From NCBI RefSeq assembly GCF_964194155.1, contig NC_135879.1:170252001-170316000 (forward strand): DNA of 64,000 bases, in the 5' to 3' direction. The first letter of the stretch is position 1. The number at the start of each line of letters is the position of its first letter. This document shows positions 63,820 through 64,000 of the stretch, in pieces. Source of the DNA: Cetorhinus maximus (Eukaryota). Under the pieces are notes generated by a model that was given only the letters and a program-made list of their open reading frames with translations, was not told the origin of the DNA and did not search any database. A program made the translations under genes and the position numbers.

Positions 63820-64000
63820 GGGGAGGCAATGGCATAGTGGTAAAGTCACTGAACTACTAATCTGGAGGCCCATGCTAATGTTGTGGGTTCACGGGATCAA
63901 ATCTGACTATAGCAGCTGGTGGAATTTAAATTCAATTAATATATCTGGAATTAAAAAGCTTGTGGTGACCAATAGCAACCATGAGTCCAATGCCATAAAA
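63820..64000 (+). mobile_element. tRNA-derived head (same family as 47438)
   Basis: ggggaggcaatggcatagtggtaaagtcactgaactactaatc..gcagctggtggaatttaaattcaat. Confidence 0.75.

Overview
Vertebrate genomic DNA, most likely from a cartilaginous fish (inferred from the repeat families). One host gene is visible: the 5' part of a CSPG4/NG2-family gene on the + strand. It has a signal-peptide exon 1 (34187-34265), a ~25 kb intron 1, exon 2 (59246-59409), an 84-nt intron 2 and a 3555-nt exon 3 (59494-63048) encoding laminin-G domains and CSPG repeats; it may be the CSPG4B paralogue. Almost everything else is decayed transposons: vertebrate CR1 LINEs, a second CR1/Jockey-group LINE, DeuSINEs, L2 remnants, two Ty3/Gypsy proviruses with both LTRs and 5-bp TSDs, two related solo LTRs with 4-bp TSDs, two Harbinger elements (Myb/SANT plus HARBI1-like transposase remnants), several MITE families and Penelope-type hairpin fragments. 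The most intriguing pattern is that the second LINE appears to carry a tRNA-derived (Pol III) 5' head in front of its endonuclease, and the local SINE looks like its internally deleted form. Most short ORFs in the track are spurious or TE fragments. Repeat boundaries were read by eye and are approximate unless a TSD is given.
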